Below are positions 13,067 to 26,523 of a stretch of 64,000 nucleotides of DNA, piece after piece. This stretch comes from Trichosphaerium sp. ATCC 40318. Taxonomy: Eukaryota > Protista > Tubulinea. Under the pieces are notes generated by a model. It saw nothing but the letters and a program-made list of their open reading frames with translations. It ran no database searches and had not been told where the DNA came from. A program made the position numbers and the translations under genes. The DNA is taken from the NCBI GenBank assembly GCA_038496445.1, contig JALMLS010000453.1, forward strand, positions 62,001 to 126,000. Direction: 5' to 3'. Position 1 is the stretch's first letter, and the number at the start of each line of letters is the position of its first letter.

Positions 13067-14355
13067 AATTGACGGTTTATCCGCAACACAGCCTTGCCTG
13101 GTATGCTGTTATAGTTGTTAACAAGAGAACAATGTTTTACTAAATAAAGCGTACCCAGCACTGACCCGTTTTTAAAATAACTTCTATCCCTGGTCTATCA
13201 CGTGGTAGTTTTGATAATGATAAAAAAAAAACGTGACTTTGCGAAGCGTCAGGTTTTAAGAGTTTGACATGCTTTGTATTAAATGTTTATGTTATTGTAA
13301 CTGCTGCATACGTTATGTTTTAACAACCTAGCGATGGAAAACTTCAAAGTAGTGCCGACAAAAGTTGCTCGTGCAGTTTTTGAAGTTTTATATTTTTGTA
13401 TTTGTTTTCGTCAGTCTGTTAAAACAGTTACGAGAATTAACGAGGTACACGTTAATTTAAGTACTTCTCGGGAAGCCACGACGTAAAATAGTTTGGTCGT
13501 TAGACTTAAACCTAATGCACCAGACTTAGAAACAATTTATTCTGCTATTGTTCGTTGTACAACACCTGACCCAAAACAACAAACCTTCAATACTGCAAAC
13601 TCGCCACAAATATTAATAATAAATGAGCGCTACTACAACGCAACGCATGGATGCACACCTACCTTTCCCACAAGGTGTCATAAGTATAACTACAACGCTA
13701 GCAAGACAAAAACGATCGGTACGAAAGCTTTTAGCCTATATAAATACTTATATTGTATAGAGAGAGCGTTCTACGTTAGCCTACGCTGTATTCGTGTATG
13801 TAAATGCTTGTATACTTGGACATCTACTGTGTAATTACGTATTATTCGTGCGATGAAGGGAACAGGAACAAAACCGATGAAGAAGGATAAAACAAACGAA
13901 TTTTTTCGAAAAGAGAAAAACTCAGGTGTCTTTCGGCAATTCTTTTAAGTCACGTGTACACAAAACCGAGATCACAAAATATCGCGTCAACAAAATAATA
14001 GAGTTATTCCGAGCCTGGACAAACTGTGGGTAAAACAAGAGAATACTACCACGAACATCAGGACTAAACTTCCGATCTTTTTGACGGTTGGGACAGAAAC
14101 TTATATGTACATAATGTAACACTACACGAAAAACACAAATAATAACTATGAAATAAAACCGACACAATGTATAAAAATATCTTATTTATCATGAATATCT
14201 TATTTTTATCTGGACATGAATAAAACCAATCTGACGATCAGTTCTTTTTATTAAAGAACAAAAGGACATTTTACAATTTTTTTATTTGAAATAAGTTTAG
14301 AACAAAACAGGCTGTCTGTACGATTTTGAACTCACTCAGTTAGTACTGGTGTTTA

Positions 14356-16635
14356 CTATATGGATGTACACGATTCAGCTAGATCCTAATACCAGGATAA
14401 GAATAAAAATGATATGGGTGCAGTAAAAGTACAACACGTTTTATCACAACAAATAAAAAGTGCGTGTTCGTACAGGCGGTAGAATATCCATCCGCCATCC
14501 ATACTTCTCAGCGTCTTTTATATTCTTTCTTACATAAGTAACGCAAATATCACACAATGTGGGTACTCCTATAAGCACGCTATACTCAACAATACATCCC
14601 AAGAACGCTAAAAAGTCGATTGAGTTAAAATGGCATATTTCTGTTCATTAACAAATAAAATAAAAATAAAACGCCGGTATTGTTCGCAATAAAAAGAAAA
14701 ACATGCTGGTTTTGTTTATCACGCGCTAAATATATAATACGAGCAATAACACGTGTTTCTAAGCAGTGAACAAAAAAAATACGAAAAAAAAAAATAAACA
14801 CCGGGATATCTCGCTTACCAACTAACAACTTGGTTCCGTCTCTATTCCACGTCAAAGAATTAACATTAAATCTCCTCCACGCGTGGCCGCCCGGTCCTTC
14901 GGTTACTTCACGATCAAGTTTAACAGAGGACCAATTATCTGTCTCTACGATACGCAACTGATTGTGTTGTAATGCCAATACTAAAAGGGTTAAGGAAGAT
15001 AATTTGACGAGTACAATTATGTCGACACTTTGGTTTTTCACGCGAAACACGAACGAAAAATTGAACATAAAATAAACGTACTTGGCACGCTTGGATTAGG
15101 TGAAAACTTTAAACAGCGAACTTGGCCGCTTGGCAGCTTGTGAATAATTTTTTTTAATGCTTTGCTTATCACGTGATAACCACTACTTTCGCAACTATTG
15201 GCAAACAAAAACGTAAGAAGGGAAGGGCGGGTTTACTTGTGAGGGTTTTTTTTGTTTCAAAAAAGAAAGCTTGTCAGGTTTTCTTTTACAGTATTTACGT
15301 ACCCAATTGCTACCATATCTCCTGTAGGGTCCCATGATGACATCATAGACCAATAATTGATACCTCTATGCTATCAAACACAACATTAAAAGTTTTACCG
15401 CCATGAAATACAAGAACTGAGTTTTTCAGCGAAATAAACCGCAAGGAATATTCTAGTGGATTTGAGGGAAAACAAAAAACCAGAAATTAAAAAAAAAACC
15501 ACGAAAAACTGGAACTTCTTTTTTTTCTTTCCGTACAGATTTGACCTCCGTGTAATCTAACGTCATTGTTTTATCTTCAACTAAAGTACCATCATCTTTG
15601 CGCTCACCAATCCATGGCTGCTTAAAGCCGTCTAGACATATATTCTAAGTCAAGTAAAGATACACCTCCAAAACCCATCAAACGTACTACACTTCTATTC
15701 TTTGGACCACCTAAACGTACAAAAGGTCAGTTTAATGATCAAATAATGCTACACAAATACATCTAAAACCTTACCAAATGATATAGCAGCTGATAGATGA
15801 CCTGATGCCACGTTTTGAATGTTTCTAAGAGATATTTTATTTGTTCCTTCTTTGGGACAAATCTCATACCCTACACGAGTTTTAAAACCTTTATATGAAC
15901 ACGTGGGTATACCTAAGACACTACCAGTACCACTATTAACCGCAACATAAATAAAAACCTTTTTACCAGTGTTACATAACGTGACACCGTTTATTTGAGA
16001 ATTCACGCCCTCCAAAGCTTCATGGAACAGTACTCTATCGATAAGTAAGATGGACAAAGAAAAAGAGGGTAAACTTGATGTTACGTACTCGGACTTATCT
16101 TCAGAGAGTATCACCAATCGCCTTGATGTTATAAGCGCTAGTGCACGTGAGACGAAACAGTTACAAGCAAGTCGACTTTTTGTTGAAATGTTTGAAAAAC
16201 ATAGTGATAGTCTTGCATCTACTCTGTACTACGTACCAACGTATCCATAGTTGACGTCAATAGCGTGTAATGAAGTAGAACCAATATTAGCATCAGATGT
16301 CAAGTCATGTACAACAACAAGCTATGTGGCGTAAGACAACGTCGCGAAGGTTGGGATTTTTTGGATAAATTAAATATATTTCTGTTAAAGACGACTTGAT
16401 TACCTCACCACTGAGCCTGTTGATTTTAATCAATAATCTGAACGCCCCATTTGTTATTGGGAAGTAAATCCACTTGTCGTCTGACGAAAATCGCATTAGA
16501 TCACGTAATTGACCATGAGATACAAGTAAGTTCACGCTAGAAGGTACATTAAAGGAAATGGCGTATTGCGGTACGAGAAAATTTCAAACATACGGAATTG
16601 CTTGTTTGAATATTAAACGAGGGAAATTGCGACAT
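14356..16635 (-). CDS. WD40-repeat protein (DUF2415/C2A9.03-like) with C-terminal BC-box/SOCS-like motif
   Basis: Spliced reconstruction: SHGQLRDL, SSWDPTGDMVAIG, VRCLKFSPNP, VNSLTWNRDGTKLLV, VPTLCDICVTYVRKNI...LPPDL; about 10 introns. Confidence 0.7.
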
Positions 16636-17360
16636 TCTGGAAAGCTAGCAACGATATCTCCACTTTTTAATGTTCCCTAACCGCTTTTTTTAATTTATTA
16701 ACGCTATTGCGCGTAATGGTGACTAGTAACCTAGTAGAACGTACATACGACTTATTTATTTGACATTTCTCGAGAAACAAGCTAAGCTCGTCTTCTTTAG
16801 ATAGTGTAACAGGAAGCTCGCTCATCACAAACCAAAGCAGTTATTTTTCCGTTTTAAGCTATATTTCGCCTTAGAAACTAACTTAAACGTTGGAGGCTAT
16901 CCGACAAACATGTACTTGGGTGTAACCTCGTACAATGTATAAACCTAGCATTCGTCGGGTTCTGGCATAACCGCTTTACAAACTTGGGAATAAGTATTAC
17001 TATCACGTGTTAAAACTTGAAAGTCAGCTACACGTCGAATATAATTATGGTAATTCTATCTGCCGTTTCAATGCTTTCCTTCCAGGTGGATACATTACGG
17101 ATTGTTTTACAACAGGTTATAAGCCGAAAAAATCGGCCTTTTGAGCTTTGGTTCGTTACTTAAGTGTGATACATATTAATGGACTTTTTGGTAAATTGTC
17201 AGTTGTCTTTTTTGTATCATACAAGGCAAGAGCTACTATGCAGGTTCTTAAAATTAAGTCAAACTCTTCCACCGTATCTCGTGATTAGTACTCTATTTTA
17301 CCGTTGTAATAGTTATTGCGCAGTGATTGTACAAGATGGTGTATAATAGTGGAATAGAGT

Positions 17361-18727
17361 TTATTTCTTTGAACTTTCTTTTTTTCGTCTCTCACTCAAG
17401 CGAACAAAAGTCTGCTCAACAGCTTCTTTTACAGGTAGTATCTTCCCACCCCATTTGCCAACAGTCTCAACAAGTTTTGATACATCCAACTCGCAGTTTG
17501 GTCTTGGTACCATCTAATCGAACCATTAAAAAAATCGTCTTAAACTTGTTTTTTTTACCTTAGCAATTTCTTCTTTTGTCATTGCTTGCCACTTATGCTC
17601 TGGATCAATATATTTTTTATACAACTCCAATATTTCATTATGGGTAATCACACCAGGATTTGAAAAGTTGAATGTACCAACAACATTATGCTCTGCCATA
17701 TCGATTATATGCTGAAAAATGTCAAAAAAAAAAAAACAAACATAAAAACAGTTTACGGCCACTAGTCAACAAACGTCAAGCGCCTGTCAACAAGTTGTGT
17801 GGTTGATTGGATGGTATAAATAGTGGTTTTTACAAACAAGATAAAAATGTAGTCGTATATTTCGACGTACAGGCCATAAGTCATCGACAATAGTGAACGA
17901 ATTAGGTGCACTTATAATTTTCGGGTACTTTGTTAACTTTGCTACCAAGCTTCTGTCATGAAAGTCATCAGACACTGGGAATATAACTCTAGGAACATAT
18001 TAACGCGTTTCTTTTCAACCGCAATCTCGTACCTGAGGTTTAGGCAGTTTGAGTATGGTTTGATTAGTTTCTCTAGGAGAATACGCAATTGGATGTAATA
18101 AGGTCCATCGTGGCCGTAGTTAGGTTCTTCGTCTTCCTAAAGAAATTCTGTTTAGTTTAAGCTTCGCTGTCTCTAGTAATACAATCTAACGCTATTTAAA
18201 CGCTAAAGCGTTCTTTGGGTGCCGTTTGGTAGATTTTAACGTAAAAAGTCTGACGAACCTTGTAGCCAATGCCAGAATTGATTGGATGCGCGTCGTTGTA
18301 TCCATACAGCAATCCTGTACCGAACATGGTACAGTGAATGTTACGCACGAAACAAGCGTCGACAATATTCAATGCCCCGATAACGTTGACGCGAATACCT
18401 TCTTGTTGATTGGTTTCGAACCAGTTCTGTTCAGTTATAAATGAGTTGTCTCCATATTACGTGTGACGTACAATATTAGGGCGTCCAGACAAACCAGCAG
18501 CACATAGAACGTATTTTGGTTTTATCTCGTCTAACTCCTTTTCTAGAGTCTCTCTATTCTGCAAGCGGGTTCTAGATGTAACATACTTCTTTCCTTTGCT
18601 ATCTAACCATTTAATCAAGTGAGAGCCTTTTTCACGTTAAGATTAGCGGTTGCGTGTACGATTACAATCAAAAAAACTAACCAAGGTATCCAGTAGCGCC
18701 ATAGACAAGAAAATCAGTGCTTGACAT
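17361..18727 (-). CDS. bifunctional nucleotide-rhamnose 3,5-epimerase/4-reductase (NRS/ER-like)
   Basis: FLVYGATGYLG Rossmann motif, RLQNRETLEKELDEIKP, AAGLSGRPNI, RVNVIGALNIVDAC, FNFSNPGVITHNEILELYKKYIDP, PRPNCELDVSKL. Confidence 0.88.
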
Positions 18728-19291
18728 GTTGAACAAATAATTTATCTGGTTTAGTCGCTAATTGCTTAACGGTAAATTGATGTAGCACTCTGTACTATTC
18801 CTGTAGCCTCTTTAGCGTACGCGCAATAAGATGAATGTACACGCAAACTATGACAGTGTAACTTAATTTCTATATCCCAACCTGTAGATATTCGCCACAT
18901 GATGATTGGATTTGTCGCACTACCTTTACATATTTTCGCATTTTTTTCGCACGTGATATTTCTAAGTGAAGGTCCGCTAACTTTATGCCAAACACGAATA
19001 TCATTTACCTCTTTTCCATTTAGAGCAACAAAAAAATTAATCAAATTTTTAGGTGACAAGAAGGTAAAATTGCACAACAAAGATATAGCTTAGCTTTCTG
19101 TTAATGGCCTTTTTCTTTGGCATAATCAGGACTGAGTGTGCGGTGTTCGTAGCCTGAGTGTTGTGCTTTGTATTTCACGGATGAAGGTATAATACATGTA
19201 CACAAATAACTGATACAGTTACAAGACAGTTTATCTGCCGATTGATGATTGAGAATTTTTATATTAGGTTTCTTTGGTATGTTTCTTATGT

Positions 19292-22200
19292 TTATTTGAA
19301 CTCAGCAATTTCTCTCCTGAGCATTTCAATAAACTCCGTTATAGTTCTAGTTCCAATAACTAAACAAAATATGAGTCAAACACGATCATTGAGGTTGGAT
19401 TTCTTCCACAAGATACCTTTTTTATTACGCTGGCGCACATTAACCGTCTGGTCTTCAGCTTCCTTTCCCCCTAGAATCAATATATAGTTGTATTGAGCTT
19501 CATGTGCAAGAAGAACCTTCTGGTTCAATTTTTTAGGAGAGAAATCTTTATCAACATAAAATCCTGCTCTAAACAATTGATCGTAAACCTACGTCCAAAA
19601 TCCATTAGCAAAAAAACAACTTTATCGTTTTTGCTATGTACCTTCTTTCCCCATTCTACTGATTTTTCAGAAATAGACAAAACAACAATCTGACGAGGTG
19701 ATAGCCAAAGTGGCCATGTTCCTCCAACATGTTCAATCAAGATAGCAAAGAATCTCTCGAAAGAACCAAAGATAGCATGATGAATTATTACTGGTATAGC
19801 TAAACAAAAAAAAAATAACTCAATTGCCCTAGACATTGAAAAAGCAAACCTTCAGAACCATCATCAGCAGTATACTTGAGCTTAAATCTCCGAGGCAATT
19901 GAAAATCAAGTTGGATCGTGGCACACTGGAACTCACGTTTTAGAGCATCAGTAATGTTTACATCAATCTTTGGACCATAGAAGGCACCATCACCTGGGTT
20001 CAATTTCCAGTTACCTACTCCAAAGTGTCTGTTAAGCTCAACTTCAAGGGACTAAGAGAACAAGGTCAGTAAAAATGATTGTACAATTGCTATTGATGTT
20101 ATTACCTTTTCAGCTTTATCCCACGTCTCCAGGTCGCCAAGGTATTTATCTGGTCGGGTAGATAGTTCAAGTTTGAAATCGAAACCAAATACTTCATATA
20201 CACGCTTCAAGAAAGCGATAGCGCCACCAATTTCTTCTGGAATCTAACTGGAAGTTAATTTTGTTTAACCTCTTGCACGTGATTACCTGTTTGGCAGTAC
20301 AAAATATATGTGCGTCATCTTGACAGAATCTTCTTACACGTGTTAAACCAGTTAGAGCGCCATGAAGTTCGTTTCGATGTAAAGGACCGAAATCAGCTAG
20401 ACGAATGGGCAAGTCACGATATGACCGTTGCTCATGTTTGAATATGCAACAATGAGCTAGTAAATGATATTAGCGGTTTATACGATGACTATTTATCCTT
20501 ACCAGGGCAGTTCATTGGTTTCATGCCGAAAGTATGACTGGTTTTTACAACTTGTCCTTCATCATTTATTCTCGTTCCTTCAGAAACTTCAAAAGTAAAC
20601 ATATCATCGCGATAGTTTTCCCAGTGACCAAAGGTCTTCCATAAATCAGCGTTGTAAATCGTTGGAGTGATTACTTCTGTAAATCCACGTTCTCTTGTCA
20701 AGAGTAAGCAAGTAAAAGAAGGCCACAAAAAACAGCATAGTTTTGTCTTCATGACCTACCTGTACTCTTTTCTCATGAACGTTTTCATACTTTCAATGAT
20801 TCTAGTTCCGTGAGGCAAGAAGAAGGCGCTTCCAGGTGATACAGCATCAAAGAAGAAGAGTTTCTGAGCCTTGTATACATCAGCAAAAGAAGCTTCAAAA
20901 TAACCTCACTATGCCAATCTTTCTGTGGTCACGCCTAGCAGCTTCCTCTCGCAAGTTTACCCATTCCATAAGAGTATCCTTGAGAGGGAAGGAAATACCA
21001 TATACTCGCTGTAAAACATCATTTTCAGCGTTTTCGAGCCAGTAGGAACTGGAGTTGTGGTAGATCGCAAAAGCCTTAATATATCCAGTACTAGGGAGAT
21101 GAGGCCCTTTACTTAACTCAATAAGAGGTCCGCATCTAATGGAAACATCAGTTTAAACGCCAGTAAAACAAGCAAGCGACATCATTCTGTCGTTGCTAAG
21201 CCTCAAAACAAGCTTGTGCACTCAGAATTTGTTAACACGAACCTATATGCAATACAAGCTTCCCCGTCAGGTACTTTAAGGTTGACTATTTCTGTCTTAT
21301 AAGGAGTGCTGAAAAGAAAAAATGAGATTGTACAAAAATGTTGGTTTGTTGCTTTGGTACCTTGAACATCTCCAATGCTCTAGCCTTTGGTACCACCAAA
21401 CGTTCAAACTTTTGATTCTCCTTAATGATTATTCGAACGATAGCTTTAATTTCGTCAAAGTCACGTGGCGAAACAGTCCTGAAAAAAAGTGTTAGGACAG
21501 TTGCTAATTCCGTTATTAAATCACGTACTCTCCTTCATTAAAACGCATATCATAGTAAAACCCTCCATCGCTTGCTGTGCCTGTGCATAGGATTCCCTTT
21601 TATTTTGGTTAACGGGTAAGAGAAGGTGAGTTAAAACAAACATGTGAAGGTACATGATACTTAAGTTCCATGGCTTGACCTAATACATGTGCGCTGGAGT
21701 GCCAAAACACGTGTTTACCGTCTTTGTCAGAGAATTCCAGTAGTTTAAGAGTACAATCGCCCTCTAAGGGCCGAAGCATGTCCCACATTGCTCCGTTAAC
21801 CTAAAGGGAAAGTTTTGGAGCTTTTACACAATAAAAGACGTTTAACCTTTGCAGCTACGCTAGACTTTGCCATATCGCGAGAAATACTCTTAGCAACATC
21901 CATAGGTGTAGTTAGCCATGATTCACCCTATATTTCACGTAAACTGAACTGAAGCATAAAGGGCATTTACTATATCCCTTAGAGACAATTTCATACCTCT
22001 TTTACATCACCGTTAGACAATGTAATTTTGATTGGTTTAGATTCTCCTACAGGTCTAAAAATTAAAGTGGTATATACCAGTTTTTTTATGGTATATACCA
22101 CTTTTTTCAACAAAATGGTATATGAACTGGTATATACCATTTTGAAATACCACTTTTTTTAGAAATTAAGTGAATAAAAAAGTGGTATATGGAAGTGGTA

Positions 22201-23283
22201 TATACCACTTTTCATTCACATAATGAGACCTTCTAAAAATGGTATATAAAGTGGTATATACCACTTTTTTATGGTATGTGGTATATACCACCTTTTTATT
22301 GGTATATACCACTTTTATGGTATGCTTCAAGAAGGTCATTAAGGAGCTTTTTGGTAATGGGTTTTCTTGTTGAACGATCATAGACGTCATACATTGAACG
22401 GTTCGTAGAGACCTTAGTATATCATAGAATCTAACCAAACAAAGCTCATTCGAACCACAGGACCTGATTACAGTACTAACATTAAGGAAACTATATTGCA
22501 GGTATTATACAGACGTTCGTGGGTACCAGACAAAGTTTTATTTTATTTTCGTTTGATATACATTAACCGACCTACGTAGGCCTTAGTAATAGATAGATTC
22601 AGGTGGAACCACTTTCATTAGGTGCGCAGCATGTTTTTACAGTAGGTACAGAAAGCTCATGGAGATGGACGAATTTTCCAGACGCCCATAGTAATGTAAC
22701 TGTAGTGGACATTGTCCAAAACTTGTAACTCACAAACTGTGTATTAAATAAAGTGTATTTTCTGGAATTGCAGGTGTACCATAAGTAGGCATAAAGTGGT
22801 ATATAAGAGTGGTATATACCATGAAAAACTGGTATAAAAAAGTGGTATATAACTGGTATATACCTAAAAAAAGTGGTATAAAAAAGTGGTATATTTTTTT
22901 TTTTCTGGTGAAAAAAAGTGGTATATTTTCTGCTTTTATACCTGTTTTTTTTGGTATATTGTTGGTATATTTGGTCAATATACCACTTTTTTTGGTATAT
23001 TTCAGTCAAAATATACCACTTTTTTTGGTATATACCATAAAAAACTGGTATAAAAAAGTGGTATAAAAGTGGTATATACCAAAATAACTGGTATATTTTT
23101 TTAGACCTGTACTAGGCAAAGTTAGTGTCATTAATATAGTATAGCACTTACTTCCAATGATTTCATCTTGTTCAGCTGCAAGTTTATCCACTCGCTCATA
23201 CGGTGCTTGATAAACTCGGGCCATTCGAAGTCCTTTGTACTTTTCTTTGCATTACTTCCCTGGCTTTCACTAGGCTCTGCCAT
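19292..23283 (-). CDS. thrS: threonyl-tRNA synthetase (cytosolic type) with N-terminal lesions; possibly a decaying paralog
   Basis: TGS domain, [76 protein letters not shown]. Apparent frameshifts near 23190 and 21308; transposon in intron 1. Confidence 0.93.
22050..23109. mobile_element. non-autonomous TIR DNA transposon, family A copy 1
   Basis: Termini CAGGTCTAAAA...TTTTAGACCTG, TA on both flanks, dense subterminal TGGTATA/TATACCA repeats; near-identical to 24610-25667. Confidence 0.9.
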
Positions 23284-23809
23284 TAGGTGTTAGCTGAGGG
23301 TGTTTTTGAAGATTTTTACTTTAAGCAATACTGTGTTTGTGAGAAAATACTTAGAACAATTTCATTTATTTGAAAGGAACCAGAATAAAATAGGAACGCC
23401 TGTAGTGCAAAATTTGGCTTGACATACTAAGAAACCTCACTAAACCTTTGAGTACAAACGTTAAAACCAGGTCTTTCGTCATGTTGATTTTAGCATAGAC
23501 TAATAACTCCCTGTGGAGTCGGGACTAAAAGTGAAACCTCTTGTTCAAACCTTCTTTTCATATTGCTGCGCATACGTATTGCTGTGTGCACACGCAATCA
23601 TACAACATGTTTTATCTATTGCATCTACTGGAGTTCACAAGTATTTGCCTTAATTTGCGCTAAGGCATGCTCACATTTTGACATCTAACACGTGCACTGC
23701 TGCTAAATGGAACTTAGAGGCATAAAATAACAATAATAACATTTGGTGTATCCATAGGAGGTAATATTAGGCGTAATTTCGCTTTTGGCGTCATTTATTT
23801 TTGTAACTT

Positions 23810-25875
23810 CAGGGCTGAAACTCAACAAGGCATTTTTGGACAATGCCTAGGCATTTTCATCAAATAATGCCTTATTTTTTACAAAAATGCCTAGTTTTTG
23901 CCTCATTCAAAAAGGCAAATACAGGGCAATGCCTTATTTTTTGATGAAAAATGCTTGCATCTGGTACACAAGATTGCAATGGTTTTGCCTGCATATTTTT
24001 AGGAATTATGCCCTTCAAATTAGGGCATAACTCATGCATCAATGCCTTATTTTGAAGGCAAAAAGTAAGCATTATCATAGTCTACAGTGCCTAATAAACC
24101 AGGGCATTTTCAGGTAATAACACAACTATTTATTTTATAATACAGTACACAATACACAAAACTCCTAAGTCCACATTTGAAAAAACCTTAAAGAAAATAT
24201 GAGATGGTGTAGAAAAAAAAAAAACTTACCTTGTAGTGTTAGAATTCCGTGGTCCTGGAAATATCGCGGAGTTCACTCCTACTACTGTTGTAGGTGAAAT
24301 AGAGTGCTGCGGTCCGTTTGGCGGTGGTTTCGTCTAATTTCATGAATTACTAAGAGCTCTAGGTGCCTATCTATATAAAACGTCAGTAGGTGATGTGAAA
24401 AAAAAAGTGTAAAAGTTGTTTGACTGTTACTTACCTTAAACCACTTCCTTAATGTGATCAGTCCTATGATATAGTATAGGCAATGCCTTATATATGAATT
24501 AAAATACAAGGCATATATTGCTTAAAAAAATAAGGCATAATAAAGGCATAAAGTACTTGCAATACAGGGCATTACTTGATTTTATGCAATGCCAAAAAAT
24601 GCAACACAACAGGTCTAAAAATTAAAGTGGTATATACCAGTTTTTTTATGGTATATACCACTTTTTTCAACAAAATGGTATATGAACTGGTATATACCAT
24701 TTTGAAATACCACTTTTTTTAAAAATTAAGTGAATAAAAAAGTGGTATATAGAAGTGGTATATACCACTTTTCATTCACATAATGAGACCTTCTAAAAAT
24801 GGTATATAAAGTGGTATATACCACTTTTTTATGGTATGTGGTATATACCACCTTTTTATTGGTATATACCACTTTTATGGTATGCTTCAAGAAGGTCATT
24901 AAGGAGCTTTTTGGTAATGGGTTTTCTTGTTGAACGATCATGGACGTCATACATTGAACGGTGCGTAGGGACCTTAGTATATCATAGAATCTAACCAAAC
25001 CAAGCTCATTCGGACCGCAGGACCTGATTCCAGTACCAACATTGAGGAAACTATATTGCAGGTATTATACAGACGTTCGTGGGTACCAGACAAAGTTTTA
25101 TTTTATTTTCGTTTGATATACATTAACCGACCTACGTAGGCCTTAGTAATAGATAGATTCAGGTGGAACCACTTTCATTAGGTGCGCAGCATGTTTTTAC
25201 AGTAGGTACAGCAAGCTCATGGAGATGGACGAATTTTCCAGACGCCCATAGTAATGTAACTGTAGTGGACATTGTCCAAAACTTGTAACTCACAAACTGT
25301 GTATTAAATAAAGTGTATTTTCTGGAATTGCAGGTGTACTATAAGTAAGCATAAAGTGGTATATAAGAGTGGTATATACCATGAAAAACTGGTATAAAAG
25401 TGGTATATAACTGGTATATACCTAAAAAAAGTGGTATAAAAAAGTGGTATATTTTTTTTTTTCTGGTGAAAAAAAGTGGTATATTTTCTGTTTTTATACC
25501 TGTTTTTTTTGGTATATTGTTGGTATATTTGGTCAATATACCACTTTTTTTGGTATATTTCGGTCAAAATATACCACTTTTTTTGGTATATACCATAAAA
25601 AACTGGTATAAAAAAGTGGTATAAAAGTGGTATATACCAAAAAAACTGGTATATTTTTTTAGACCTGAAGGCATTACCTGATTTTATGCAATGCCAAAAG
25701 ATGCCCAAAAATGCCTGGTATTAATGCCTTTTTGATGAAGGCATTGCCTTTTTGTAAAAATGCCTTATTTTATTGGGCATTGCCAAATGCAAATGCCTTG
25801 ATTTTGCCATCTAATGCCAAATGTTAGGAATATGCATCATTTTTTAAGGCAATGCCTAGCTGAGTTTCAGCCCTG
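23810..25875. mobile_element. non-autonomous TIR DNA transposon, family B (contains nested family A copy 2)
   Basis: 15-bp TIR CAGGGCTGAAACTCA...TGAGTTTCAGCCCTG, TT on both flanks, many GGCAT/ATGCC subterminal repeats. Confidence 0.88.
24610..25667. mobile_element. non-autonomous TIR DNA transposon, family A copy 2 (nested)
   Basis: Same termini as copy 1, AA on both flanks, inserted within the GGCAT-repeat arm of family B. Confidence 0.9.
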
Positions 25876-26523
25876 TTCTTCTAAGCACCTTTAGACCCAA
25901 CTATCCGCTATTAAATAGGGTATTTCGGTAATACCGCCAAAATTACCCGCCAAGGAGCCTTAATTTTAAGTAGCACGCCAATTCTAGGTTACAAACCTTA
26001 ATCAAGGCACGTTAATAAGTGTACATGTCTTTTTCGGTTGTTTTTGATTACGGTGGTTGAAAAACAAATCAAATTTCTTTGAGCCAATTTTTTGCAATCT
26101 GGTTGAGTCAGCTGAAAGATTCACTACACAAGTGCTGTAAATGTTCCTAACGTTCACAGCACTTGTTGTGGGACGTATTTTAGTTGCCACAGCGAGTGGC
26201 TCACTCACTTTAAATAAGAAAAGTATTAGTAATTTAGTTGCAATACATTTAAGTAATTTTGTTTTGAAGTCTTCCTCCTTTCTGCTTCCTGGCGTATATA
26301 ACACTTCTATTTTACAAATCTCAACTTATCACATTTATTTTCCCTCAGTATTCTGCGTTGAGACCTTCTTAGAGAGCTCAAAACCTGTTTGCAACCAATA
26401 ACTTTACAAAATTCCTGAGCTTTACAGGTTACCTCGCTTTATCGGGCTAATTTAAATCTCCCTTCATTATGTCTCCGAATACTTGTGCAAACGCTCTGTA
26501 ACCAATTTTAAAGTACTGCGCAC

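Noticed and set aside
13300-14170. Possible spliced membrane-protein gene on the minus strand
   Set aside because: No consistent exon chain or recognisable motif could be built.
22060-23100. CRISPR-like or telomeric array
   Set aside because: Motifs are short, irregular and in both orientations, with no unique spacers; they lie inside TIRs.
22166-25708. Several ORFs of 65-136 aa rich in Y, T, I, P, K and F
   Set aside because: Translations of transposon subterminal repeats, not genes.
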